Below are positions 51,079-60,255 of a stretch of DNA of 64,000 nt, piece by piece. Below the pieces are notes generated by a model. The model was given only the letters and a program-made list of their open reading frames with translations, was not told where the DNA came from and did no database searches. The DNA lies in contig JBJTQJ010000104.1 of the NCBI GenBank assembly GCA_046075565.1, positions 1 through 64,000 of the forward strand, read 5' to 3'. A program made the position numbers and the translations under genes. Origin of the DNA: Verrucomicrobiales bacterium. GTDB lineage: Bacteria; Verrucomicrobiota; Verrucomicrobiia; Verrucomicrobiales; SLCJ01. Positions within the stretch are counted from its first letter, which is position 1; every line of letters starts with the position of its first letter.

Positions 51079-52623
51079 ATGAATGACAACACGCGCCGTT
51101 TGGTCGTCCTCACGCTGGTGATCGCGCTCTCGGCGGCGATCCTCGCGTGGATTGGCCGCCGTGACGGTCGCTACGGCCTGTGGAATTTCTTCGCCGGTCG
51201 TCCGGCACCGGTTTTCGCGCCGGAGCAATACACCGTGCCGACCGAGCCCGCGCTCGCGGTCGACGAAGTGCCTTCCCTCGCCCGCCTCAACGAGGAATAC
51301 ACGCGCCTCGCGGCGGCGGTCATTCCATCCGTCGTGTCGATTGATACCAGCGAGACGGTCAATGTGCGGAGCGGATTTCCCGGTTACTATCGTTCCTACC
51401 AGAGGCCCGGCCTTGGCAGCGGAGTCATCGTCACACCGGAAGGCCATGTCATCACCAACCACCACGTGGTCGCGAACAAAGACGCCATCCGCGTAACGCT
51501 TACCCCCAGTGGAGGGGAACCGGAAACCTTTGCCGCCACCCTGGTCGGCTCTTTACCATCCTACGACATTGCGGTTCTTCGCATCGCATCAGACGGGCGC
51601 AACTTCCCTGCTTTGAAAATCGGGGATTCCACCAAAGTCCGCGTCGGTCAACTCGCGATCGCCATCGGAAATCCCTACGGTCTCGCGGGATCTGTCACCC
51701 AGGGTATTATTTCCGCCGTGGACCGCCGCATTGCCGATTCCGGCCCATCCTACTTCCAAACAGATACGCCCATCAATCCGGGGAATTCCGGTGGCCCCTT
51801 GGTGAACTTCCAAGGGGAGGTCATCGGCATCAATTCGGTGGTCCTGCGCGGACCGGAGGCCGATCGCGCGGCCCAGAACATCGGCTTTGCCATTCCCGCG
51901 GCCCAGGCGTGGGAAGCCTTTGAAATCATCACCGGGCGGGGGCGCCAGGTCTTCGGTTACCTTGGCTTCGCGGTGGAGGATGTCACCCCCCAGGTTGCCT
52001 CGGCCTTGGGCATGGCTGATGTGCAAGGCGCATGGATTCGGGCCTTGCAGCCGAACGGCCCGGCCGCGCTCGCGGGATTACGGGCACCGGAGGTGGTCCG
52101 GTCGCTCTCGGGGGCGGCCGCGGTGCGAGCTCCCGACGTCTTGCTAAGCCTCAACGGGGAAAAGGTCCGCTCGGCCGAATGGCTGGTCAGTCGTATTCGA
52201 GGGGTCACTCCAGGATCTTCCGTTGTTCTAGGCGTCTGGAGGGATGGGGAGGGGAAAGAAATCACCGCTACCGTGGGCGATAGCACCCGGATGCCTGCAC
52301 CGACGCCGAACACCCCCTCTGAAGGCTCAACACCGCCCGCGCTCGATACCGTCGCCAAAGGCCGGGTCGTCTTGCACTCGGTCGGTATCACAACCCGGGT
52401 CGGTGGGGCCGATTCTCCTCTTATAATTGAGAGTGTGCGTCCAGGGAGCTTCGCCGAGGGCAAGGTTTCACCCGGCGAATGGATATCAGCCGTGAATGGC
52501 GCTGCGGTGGACAGCCCGGCGAGCTTTCACCGGGAAGTTCTCGCCGCCGTGGCCTCCACAAAGGGGCTTAAGCTCAAAGTCGGCTGGGCCAAAGGAGAAC
52601 GCGACGTCCTGATTCTTCCATGA
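51079..52623 (+). CDS. htrA: HtrA/DegP-family serine protease with PDZ domains
   Basis: GSGVIV, TNHHVV, DIAVL, INPGNSGGPL; N-terminal TM. Confidence 0.93.
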   Translation: MNDNTRRLVVLTLVIALSAAILAWIGRRDGRYGLWNFFAGRPAPVFAPEQYTVPTEPALAVDEVPSLARLNEEYTRLAAAVIPSVVSIDTSETVNVRSGFPGYYRSYQRPGLGSGVIVTPEGHVITNHHVVANKDAIRVTLTPSGGEPETFAATLVGSLPSYDIAVLRIASDGRNFPALKIGDSTKVRVGQLAIAIGNPYGLAGSVTQGIISAVDRRIADSGPSYFQTDTPINPGNSGGPLVNFQGEVIGINSVVLRGPEADRAAQNIGFAIPAAQAWEAFEIITGRGRQVFGYLGFAVEDVTPQVASALGMADVQGAWIRALQPNGPAALAGLRAPEVVRSLSGAAAVRAPDVLLSLNGEKVRSAEWLVSRIRGVTPGSSVVLGVWRDGEGKEITATVGDSTRMPAPTPNTPSEGSTPPALDTVAKGRVVLHSVGITTRVGGADSPLIIESVRPGSFAEGKVSPGEWISAVNGAAVDSPASFHREVLAAVASTKGLKLKVGWAKGERDVLILP

Positions 52624-52779
52624 GAATCAGGAGAGCGCGGGTGGCGTAGGGTCGTTTTTCGGTGGAGTTCAGTGACCGCGATTCGGTCCCCGGGCTCTCT
52701 TCTTTCGTTGATTCTTAGGCGGATCCAATGAAATGGAGCGCAAATTCGAACTTTGTTGGCTCGCGAGCTTTGTTCTTAA

Positions 52780-53235
52780 AACAACTCGAACGGTCAGCCC
52801 ATCTACAAGCCGGTGCAAATCGAGGTACGGGTAGCTGGAGGAACGTGGACCCAAATCTGCTCAGATACCCACAACAATGTGAACCCTTCCACGGTCATCT
52901 AAACCCGCCAGGTGCTGGCGAACCAGAAAGTCGAGTTCCGTTTCCGCGGCTCTCAGAATAACAGTACCTCGAACTGGCTGAGTTACCGATATGGTCCGGA
53001 TCTGATGGTTGCCCGGATGATCCATGGACAAACGCCACCAAGCTACGCGCCTTACCTCTCGCCCAATGGGGTTGGCAGCTATCTCACTCCCTATCTGGCA
53101 TCCAATGGCACCATGAACCTCGGTCCTCGCGACATGATCTACCTATGCGAGTTGACCAATACCAACCCTTCCTCGCAAGGCTTTGACTTGCAGGACTTGG
53201 TCATGGTCGTCACCTGCAACGAGATCAAGAAGTGA
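52780..53235 (+). pseudogene. Degraded gene for an unknown beta-rich protein
   Basis: One frame reads NNSNGQPIYKPVQIEVRVAGGTWTQ...VNPSTVI-TAA(52900)-TRQVLANQ...GFDLQDLVMVVT; a further in-frame TAA at 52777; no clear start. Confidence 0.65.
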
Positions 53236-53263
53236 TTTCTCCCCCGCCTTCCCTTCCACCGCC

Positions 53264-53815
53264 ATGAAACTCCCATTCTCCATCTTCGGCCTCTTCACCC
53301 TGGTCTCGGTTGCCCTGGGTGCGCCCAAAAATCCCGTGATTCAGGATCGTATCAGCGATGCGGAATTCAACGCGCGACACGCCAAAGCGGTGCTCCCGTA
53401 TGCGGCGCTTGAGGGAGCGGGGATGAAAGCGGTGGAGTCTGAAAAATCCGAACAGGACGAAGTGGCCGACCTTCTCGCCCGCTCCGCATTCCTCACGGAC
53501 GGGCGGCAGTGCACCATCCTGCCGGCGGGTGCGGTGATTCACGTGCCCAAGAATCGGGAAGATCGCGTTGTGAAATCGGCGCCGTCTCTTCCCTTGGTGA
53601 CGTGGGAAGATTTTCTCCGCGCCAATGCCTCTTGGATCCGCGAGTTCGCGATTGATAGCGATCAAGCCACCGGAGCCAAACCCTTTGATCCAAAAGCCGC
53701 CCAAGCTCTCGGGTCATCCGGTTCCATTGTGATCTCCACCTATATCCGCCAACCCGTAGCGCCCGTAGCCGGGGTGAAAACCGCTTTCGCCAAAGCCCTT
53801 GAGGCCGCCAAATAA
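53264..53815 (+). CDS. Secreted hypothetical protein
   Basis: Signal peptide MKLPFSIFGLFTLVSVALG; intact 183-aa frame. Confidence 0.8.
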   Translation: MKLPFSIFGLFTLVSVALGAPKNPVIQDRISDAEFNARHAKAVLPYAALEGAGMKAVESEKSEQDEVADLLARSAFLTDGRQCTILPAGAVIHVPKNREDRVVKSAPSLPLVTWEDFLRANASWIREFAIDSDQATGAKPFDPKAAQALGSSGSIVISTYIRQPVAPVAGVKTAFAKALEAAK

Positions 53816-53840
53816 CTCCAGCTTCGAGAGAACCAACCCC

Positions 53841-54869
53841 ATGGAACTTCATTCAAAACTCTTGCTAACCCTTCTGCTGGCCGCCGCGACCGCTCCCGTG
53901 GGCGCACAACAGGTCACATGGACGAATTTCCTTCGCCAGCGCTAGGTTCAAACCGGTGTTGAGTTGCAGACCAACGTGGCGAACAACGGCAGCCGCCTCT
54001 CGCTGCTTCCTCTGGAGCTATCCGGCGCTCAGTTCACCATCTGGACGATGAAAAACGGAACGAGCCAGACTCCCCAGTTGCTCGCCACCCGATTCGTGGA
54101 TGCCTACCAAAAGGCCGCCACGGTAACCATTCAAACCGGTGATCCCTACGCGCTGATTCCTCGGACGAGGGTGGACAAACCCTTCACCGTGCGCCTGAAT
54201 GTCTCAGGGCTGCGTCCGATTGTGCGTGGTGGTGATCTAACCGGAACAAGCGTGCGCTTCAACCATACCGCATCCACCTACGGAATCGGCGTGCACACAC
54301 CTCCGGGCACCATGACCGCGAACACCGTTTTTAATGGCACCATCAATCAGAACGGTCTGCACACTTTCAACTTCGCGGGTGCCAATATCAGCTCGTCCAA
54401 TCTATCCGCCGCGTCCGGAGAAGAGAATTTCACCGTAAGTTCGCTCACCGGCTCGGGTGCCCTCGACACCACCCTGGCCACCGGACGCATGCAGGTGTGG
54501 CCGAGGAGCACGGTGGCCATCTCGGGTATCACGGCCAATGCCACCTACGCCACCATGCCGGAGGTGACCTTCACCTACAACGACCTCTACCCCGACAGTA
54601 AGACCTATGTGCAGGTTTACCGCGGCCCTTCCGTGCTTGGCACTACCGGCACAACCATCAATTCGAGCATCATCCCGATCGCCGACGTCACTCCGCAGGA
54701 CCGGACCTTCATCCTGCGCAACTGTGACAATTTCCTGACCGACGATGGTCAATACACGATTGAGGTATTGCACACGACCCCGTGGGGCACCGAGCGATTG
54801 GCTTTGGTCATGTTCTTTGCGGATCGGACGATCGAGGTGACCGGTCAGGTCTTCTCAAGCGAGTTCTAA
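53841..54869 (+). pseudogene. Secreted Thr/Asn/Gly-rich protein with premature TAG at codon 35
   Basis: ATG 53841 gives signal peptide MELHSKLLLTLLLAAATAPVGA-QQVTWTNFLRQR, TAG at 53943-53945, then the same frame stays open to 54869. Confidence 0.75.
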
Positions 54870-54876
54870 TTTTGGC

Positions 54877-55578
54877 TCAAGGGAGTGATAGCTCGTCTTG
54901 AAGTGCCGGGTCAAGCAGGGAATCAAGGACCAGATCTGCTCCTGCCTTGGCCAGTGCCTCCCTCCCGTGTTTGCCGGTAGCCACCGCCACGGCCATGGCC
55001 CCAATCGTCTTGGCGCAACGGATGTCTTTCGGTGTATCGCCAATCACCACCACTTGTTTTCCGGCATACGCGCGGCCGGTAGCCCGGCGCACCCGTTCGA
55101 GAGCGATGGGTCCGAGTTGATTGCGGTCGTGATGATCATCACCGTAGGCACCCTGTTCGGTGTGAAAGTAAGAATCCAGCCCGAAGCGCACGAGTTTCGC
55201 CTCTGCACCCTTGCGCGTGTTGCCGGTCAAGAGCGCCGGATGGTGTTGGCCCTGCCGACGCAAGCTCTCCAGCAATTCAATGGCTCCCGGTAAAGCCCGG
55301 CCATCGGTGGATGAGGAGAGATTGATTTCCAGATGACGGTGGTAAACCGCGAAAAATTCTTCGACGGGAGGCGCGGAGTCGCCCAGACCGCGCGCGGCCA
55401 CGAATTCACGGTAGATCCCGCGGTCCGTGGCTCCCGCCAGATCGAGCGGGATCTCATCGGTTTCCGGCAAAGTGAAAACCTCGCGGAAAGCAGTGAGCAG
55501 TGCGTAGATGCCCGCCCCGCCGGTTTCCAGCAGGGTCATGTCGATGTCGAAAAGGAGGAGCCGGCCGCCCATGCCCAT
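54877..55578 (-). CDS. HAD-family hydrolase
   Basis: LFDIDMTL, LLTGN, VIGDTPKDI. Confidence 0.92.
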   Translation of the reverse strand: MGMGGRLLLFDIDMTLLETGGAGIYALLTAFREVFTLPETDEIPLDLAGATDRGIYREFVAARGLGDSAPPVEEFFAVYHRHLEINLSSSTDGRALPGAIELLESLRRQGQHHPALLTGNTRKGAEAKLVRFGLDSYFHTEQGAYGDDHHDRNQLGPIALERVRRATGRAYAGKQVVVIGDTPKDIRCAKTIGAMAVAVATGKHGREALAKAGADLVLDSLLDPALQDELSLP

Positions 55579-56357
55579 CAGATGCTCATGGCGTGGAAGC
55601 CGCCGTCTACCACCATCTCCAATCCGGTGATGAACGATCCGGCTTTCGGTGCGGCCAATAACAAGGTCGCGCCTACCAACTCATCGCCTTCTCCGAAACG
55701 CCCCATCGGCGTGCGCGCGAGAATCGTCTGCACACGGCCGGGATCGAGAACCTTGCGGTTTTGCTCGGCCGGGAAGAAGCCGGGCACGAGGGTGTTCACC
55801 CTCACGCCCTTGGGTGCCCATTCCCGGGCGAGATTTTTGCTCAGGTTGTGCACCGCGCCTTTGCTCGCCGAATAGGTGAAGACACGCGAAAGCGGACCGA
55901 GTCCGGAGATAGAGCCAAGGTTGATGATAGAGCCGCCATTCGTTTGGGTGATCATTTGGCCCCCGAGAATCTGACAAGCGCGGAAGACACCGGCGAGATT
56001 GACTTCAAAGATGCGGTTCCACTCTTCATCGGTGATGTCGAGGAACGGGGTGGGGGAGTTGATGCCCGCGCCATTGATGAGAATATCAATTGAACCTTCG
56101 TTGGCCAGCACGTCATCGCGCAAGCGCGTGAGATCGTCGCGTGAAGTGGCTTCAGCGGCGATGAATCTGGCCTTGCCTCCGGCGGCGGCAATGGCATCAA
56201 GGCGTTCCTTGGCTTTGGTTTCGTTGCGGCCGACAAGAATCACGGAGGCACCGGCGGCGGCGAGACCGGAAGCCATGGCTCCGCAGAGCACGCCCGTGCC
56301 ACCGATCACGATGGCGGACAATCCGGTGAGGTCGAACAATTGGGATGGGGTGGACAT
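55578..56357 (-). CDS. SDR oxidoreductase (sugar-acid dehydrogenase-like)
   Basis: [25 protein letters not shown]. Confidence 0.9.
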   Translation of the reverse strand: MSTPSQLFDLTGLSAIVIGGTGVLCGAMASGLAAAGASVILVGRNETKAKERLDAIAAAGGKARFIAAEATSRDDLTRLRDDVLANEGSIDILINGAGINSPTPFLDITDEEWNRIFEVNLAGVFRACQILGGQMITQTNGGSIINLGSISGLGPLSRVFTYSASKGAVHNLSKNLAREWAPKGVRVNTLVPGFFPAEQNRKVLDPGRVQTILARTPMGRFGEGDELVGATLLLAAPKAGSFITGLEMVVDGGFHAMSI

Positions 56358-56388
56358 AAAGACGGGGTCGGGAGGAATGAAAAGTTTG

Positions 56389-57450
56389 TTAGCGCCAGTT
56401 GGTCATGCCGATGGATTCGGCCAGGGTGTCGAATTCGCGCAGTTCGGCATCGGTGAAGATCAAGCCGCCCGCTTCATCGCTGGCTTTGGCGGCATTGGCT
56501 TCCGGCTGGCCAGGGAGCATGCAGTTTTCGTTTCCATGACCGAGGATGTCGGTGAGCACGGCCTTGAGATTGGCCTTTTGGTTGCGACCCAGGGCGAAGG
56601 CCCCGCCGGAGATGGCTTCAGGATGGATGACATGGAAGAAGAACGCGGCGCTGGTCTTTTCTCCGGCCGGCGAGATGTCGGGACGTCCGCGCAGGGTCGG
56701 CAGCGAGCCGCCGATGAAGGCGGCGTAGAGTTCGTTGAGCAGCGCGAGCCCGTAACCTTTGTGGGCACCGAAGGGCAGGAGCCATTTCGCCTTGGCGGGA
56801 TCATTGGTAGGCTGGCCATCGGCATCGACGGCGGCATTGGGCGGGAGTTCCTTGCCTTCGCGAAGGAGTTGTTGCACGCGGCCCATGGCCACGGTCGAAG
56901 TCGCCCAGTCGAGACAGATTGGAAATCCAACCGCATCCACGGTCGGCAGCGCCCACGAGTGCGGGTTGGTGCCGAGGGTCGGGAACTTTCCGCCCAGCGG
57001 GACGACCTCCGACATCGCGGAGGTGCAATTCGTGTAGGCGATGTAGCCGCGCTTGGCCGCGTCGATCACATAACCACCGCCCCAGAGGTAGTGGAAGGCG
57101 TTGTCCACCGCCACCGTGCCCGTGCCGTGTTTCTCAGCGAGCTGGATGCAGGTCTCCATGGCCGAGTAGGCGACACTCTGTCCGAGTTTGCGGTTGGCAT
57201 TCCATATCTGTGTGGCATCGAACCGGGTCGGCAGGACATCGATTTCCGCGCCGGGCACGCAGCCGCCGGTTTTGGATCCGAAATGGTCATCGAGGTGAAG
57301 GGCCTTGATCGCGTTGTGCGTCTTGATGCCATGGCGAGCGGCGGATTCGCAGAGTTTGACGGCGTCGGTGGATTCCGCTTCGGTGTAGCCGCGGGAAAGA
57401 TAGGCGGCGCGCACGAGGCGATTGTGGGCTTCGGTGGTGAGTGCGGGCAT
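56389..57450 (-). CDS. Ldh_2-family oxidoreductase
   Basis: [36 protein letters not shown]. Confidence 0.9.
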   Translation of the reverse strand: MPALTTEAHNRLVRAAYLSRGYTEAESTDAVKLCESAARHGIKTHNAIKALHLDDHFGSKTGGCVPGAEIDVLPTRFDATQIWNANRKLGQSVAYSAMETCIQLAEKHGTGTVAVDNAFHYLWGGGYVIDAAKRGYIAYTNCTSAMSEVVPLGGKFPTLGTNPHSWALPTVDAVGFPICLDWATSTVAMGRVQQLLREGKELPPNAAVDADGQPTNDPAKAKWLLPFGAHKGYGLALLNELYAAFIGGSLPTLRGRPDISPAGEKTSAAFFFHVIHPEAISGGAFALGRNQKANLKAVLTDILGHGNENCMLPGQPEANAAKASDEAGGLIFTDAELREFDTLAESIGMTNWR

Positions 57451-57504
57451 GGTGGAACCTGGTTTTCGTTTCTCGGGTAGCGTTTCTAACAGAATTGGTG
57501 AACT

Positions 57505-57996
57505 TCAACCTTCGAGGCCGAGGGCGTGGCCAATCATGGCGATCTGGGCATCGAGTGCGGCGGATGCCGGAATGGCAATCGCGTCTTTCGGCGGTTCGAG
57601 GGCCGAGAGCTGCGGCTCGACAAGGCTGGCGGGCATGAAATGGTCGTGGCGTTTTTCCAACCGCTCGCGCAGAAGGTCCGCATCCGCTTCGAGAAAGATG
57701 ATCTTTAACCCGGGGTCCCCGCCGCGCAGACGTTCGCGGAGCTTTTCCTTCAAAGCGGAACAGGCGAGGATATTGATTTCCGCACCATAGCGGCGTTGCT
57801 GCAATTCCTGGCGAATCGACTCGATCCACGGTCCACGGTCGGAATCCTCGAGCGAAATGCCCGCAGTCATTTTTTCCTTGTTGGCGGGCGGATGAAAGTC
57901 GTCGGCTTCGATGAAATGGCCGTCGAGGCGGGCGGCCAGTGCTTTTGCGACGGTGGACTTGCCGGAGCCGGAGGCTCCCATGACGAGGATGGTCAT
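57505..57996 (-). CDS. gntK: Gluconokinase (GntK/IdnK type)
   Basis: MGASGSGKST, ADDFHPPANKEKM, ACSALK, HFMPASL, LEPP. Confidence 0.92.
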   Translation of the reverse strand: MTILVMGASGSGKSTVAKALAARLDGHFIEADDFHPPANKEKMTAGISLEDSDRGPWIESIRQELQQRRYGAEINILACSALKEKLRERLRGGDPGLKIIFLEADADLLRERLEKRHDHFMPASLVEPQLSALEPPKDAIAIPASAALDAQIAMIGHALGLEG

Positions 57997-58107
57997 AAGC
58001 GTAAATTGATGGTGAGATGAGGAGCGGGATACGGCTTTGGGCCCTATCCCATGGGTCAAGATGTATGCACCCGGCTTGCAGTCAAGAAGCAAACAACTGC
58101 CGAAGCC

Positions 58108-58557
58108 TCAAGGGCGTCTTCCTCCGGCTTTTTCCCATCCGCTCACCCGGTGGTCACGGAGCATGACTCGGCTGCTCACGTAAGGTACTTGCACCATTTC
58201 CGGGTAGGGATGCTGGTAATAGACCACCCGTCCGCAGCGGTCGTGCACGGGAAGTGCCGGCCAACTCGGATAAGTGGGGATGGCGCGGTAGGAAAGATAG
58301 GCCCAGACTTCCTCGGTGGACTGGCCGCCGCGCACGATCTCGCTGGTTTGATCCGGTCGGCCGAGTGAGAGCAGCACGGCTTCCTTCGGCATGCCGATGC
58401 GGAGTTTGCCTTCGCGGACGAGTGTTTGGTCGGCGGGAGAGAGGGTTTGGAAATAGGCGGCGTTTTTTTCGATGCGCTGCTCGCGGGTGGGCGCGCACGA
58501 AACCGCGGCAAGAGCCAGAATTAGAAGCGAAAAAAGGGCCGGGAGTCGGGATTTCAT
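58108..58557 (-). CDS. Lipoprotein (SmpA/OmlA-like)
   Basis: Lipobox AVSC; IGMPKEAVLLSLGRP, EEVWAY. Confidence 0.8.
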   Translation of the reverse strand: MKSRLPALFSLLILALAAVSCAPTREQRIEKNAAYFQTLSPADQTLVREGKLRIGMPKEAVLLSLGRPDQTSEIVRGGQSTEEVWAYLSYRAIPTYPSWPALPVHDRCGRVVYYQHPYPEMVQVPYVSSRVMLRDHRVSGWEKAGGRRP

Positions 58558-58563
58558 GGCCTT

Positions 58564-58592
58564 ATCCTACCTTCGCGGGATTCCCGCGTCCA
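58564..58592 (-). promoter_or_regulatory. Putative leaderless promoter
   Basis: Minus strand TGGACG-17 bp-TAGGAT, 6 nt before ATG 58557. Confidence 0.6.
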
Positions 58593-58607
58593 TCCGGAAA
58601 TGAGAGA

Positions 58608-60152
58608 TCAACGCCCATCGGCTGGCAGGGCGAAACAAAAATATTCCGGGAGCAAGGCGGCCCAGGCGGCTTCGTTGTGTCGGCCTGCCGCAAGGCCCCT
58701 GAAACGAAGCTCGTTTCCATAAACCGTTCCCTCGCGGACCCGCCGGTCGAGGGCCTCCAAGGCTCCGTTCCAGTAGGTGTCGGAACCGCTTTCCCCGCGG
58801 CTCGATTCGGCGGTGCCCATGCTGATGAAACGGGGTATGCCATCACGCGTCCGCGCTCTTTCCGATGCCGTCCACCGCGGGGCCGCCCAATACGCGGGCG
58901 AGAAAATACCGAAGGATCCGCGGATGGGTCCGTCGCCGCGACCGCCCTCGAAGTCGGTGATCAGTCCACCCATCGACGAGCCGGCGAGATAACGAGCCTT
59001 GGGATTCTGCATCACCCGGATGTGTTTCTCCAAGGTCGGTATCACATCTTTTGTTAGCCATTCAAGATAGGCGGAGGCGCGGCCTTCGAATGTCTTGCCT
59101 CCATAGTCGAGCTTTTCCCCTGCGGGCAGGTATTCGATCAGACGATCCGACCCGTGGTCATTTCCATTCGGGATGGCCACGAGAATCGCTTCGGCCATGC
59201 GGCCGTTACTGATTTCGTGTGTGGCGATCCGGTCGGCATCCCATGTGCCGAAGTTTCCTCCTGGGAAAAAGACATTCTGGCCGTCGTGGAAAAGAACGAA
59301 CGGATACGATCTTGTCCCGTCCTTTTCGTAGTCGCGCGGAAGCCATACTTTCAAGGGACGACCGGGAATTTCGCCGCGTCCGGGCACCGGGAGAACTTCA
59401 AAGCGCGGGGCAAGCGGCTTTTCCGGAGGGTTCGCGGCATAGATCTGCCCGTGACGGACATGGAAGTGATCCAGTCGGCAGCGGAAATTCCATGGCGGCC
59501 GATCGTTCTGATAGGGTAGGGGAACTTCCGGCGCGGCAGCTCGGGCGGGCTCGCGGGGCGGGGGAGGCGCGTTCAACCATTCCCCTTGGCCATTGTGAAA
59601 AACGAATTCGATTTCCCCCGGTGGCTTGTGTTCTTCGCCAAGGGTGAAGACGGTGGACTTGTCCGCGAGCCCACGCGTCATTTCCACTTCCCGCCATTCG
59701 GCAGGTGGCACGATGGGGCGGAAACGAATCCATGCTCTTTCCCAGTCTTTCCAGAGCGCGATGCCCCGGGGGCGTTTCGGGGAAGCTTGGCCCGGCACCT
59801 CGATTTCCGTCTCCTCGCCTAAGGGGTGGAAATTTTCCCGATCTCCCCAGGCGGTGGAACGGAAATCACGTTCATGGAACCGATAGCGGATTTTTTCTCC
59901 AGCTGGCAAAGCGACCCGTGCGCTCCAGCGGTGGCCCTCGCCGCGAGCCAGACGAATCGCCCGCAGGGGATCATTGGCACCAAGCGCATCATGCGCACCC
60001 GCGACAACCACGGCATGACCGTCCTTGGTTTCGTGGGTGTAAGAGAATTCCACCACACCCGGTTCAAGCGGCGTCGCGCCCGCGAATGCCGGCACCTTGC
60101 AAAGAAGGCACACGAAAAGCACCCGGAAGGCGGCGAAAGCAGGGCGGATCAT
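58608..60152 (-). CDS. Secreted alpha/beta esterase with N-terminal CBM20-like domain
   Basis: VVVAGAHDALGAND (CBM20-like), HDGQNVF, GSSMGGL, HNEAAW. Confidence 0.8.
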   Translation of the reverse strand: MIRPAFAAFRVLFVCLLCKVPAFAGATPLEPGVVEFSYTHETKDGHAVVVAGAHDALGANDPLRAIRLARGEGHRWSARVALPAGEKIRYRFHERDFRSTAWGDRENFHPLGEETEIEVPGQASPKRPRGIALWKDWERAWIRFRPIVPPAEWREVEMTRGLADKSTVFTLGEEHKPPGEIEFVFHNGQGEWLNAPPPPREPARAAAPEVPLPYQNDRPPWNFRCRLDHFHVRHGQIYAANPPEKPLAPRFEVLPVPGRGEIPGRPLKVWLPRDYEKDGTRSYPFVLFHDGQNVFFPGGNFGTWDADRIATHEISNGRMAEAILVAIPNGNDHGSDRLIEYLPAGEKLDYGGKTFEGRASAYLEWLTKDVIPTLEKHIRVMQNPKARYLAGSSMGGLITDFEGGRGDGPIRGSFGIFSPAYWAAPRWTASERARTRDGIPRFISMGTAESSRGESGSDTYWNGALEALDRRVREGTVYGNELRFRGLAAGRHNEAAWAALLPEYFCFALPADGR

Positions 60153-60240
60153 GATGAACCCATACCCGTTTCCGACCTGCGGACAATCATCTTCTGCGCG
60201 TCCGACGGGGTGATTTCCCGGTTGGACAGACGGCCGGCGC

Positions 60241-60249
60241 TGCTATGAT
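60241..60249 (+). promoter_or_regulatory. Extended -10 element, leaderless xylB promoter
   Basis: TGcTATGAT 6 nt before ATG 60256. Confidence 0.6.
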
Positions 60250-60255
60250 GCGGCC

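Noticed and set aside
52777-53945. Stop-codon recoding as the explanation for in-frame stops
   Set aside because: Both TAA and TAG are involved and both end normal genes in this window; decay or read error is simpler
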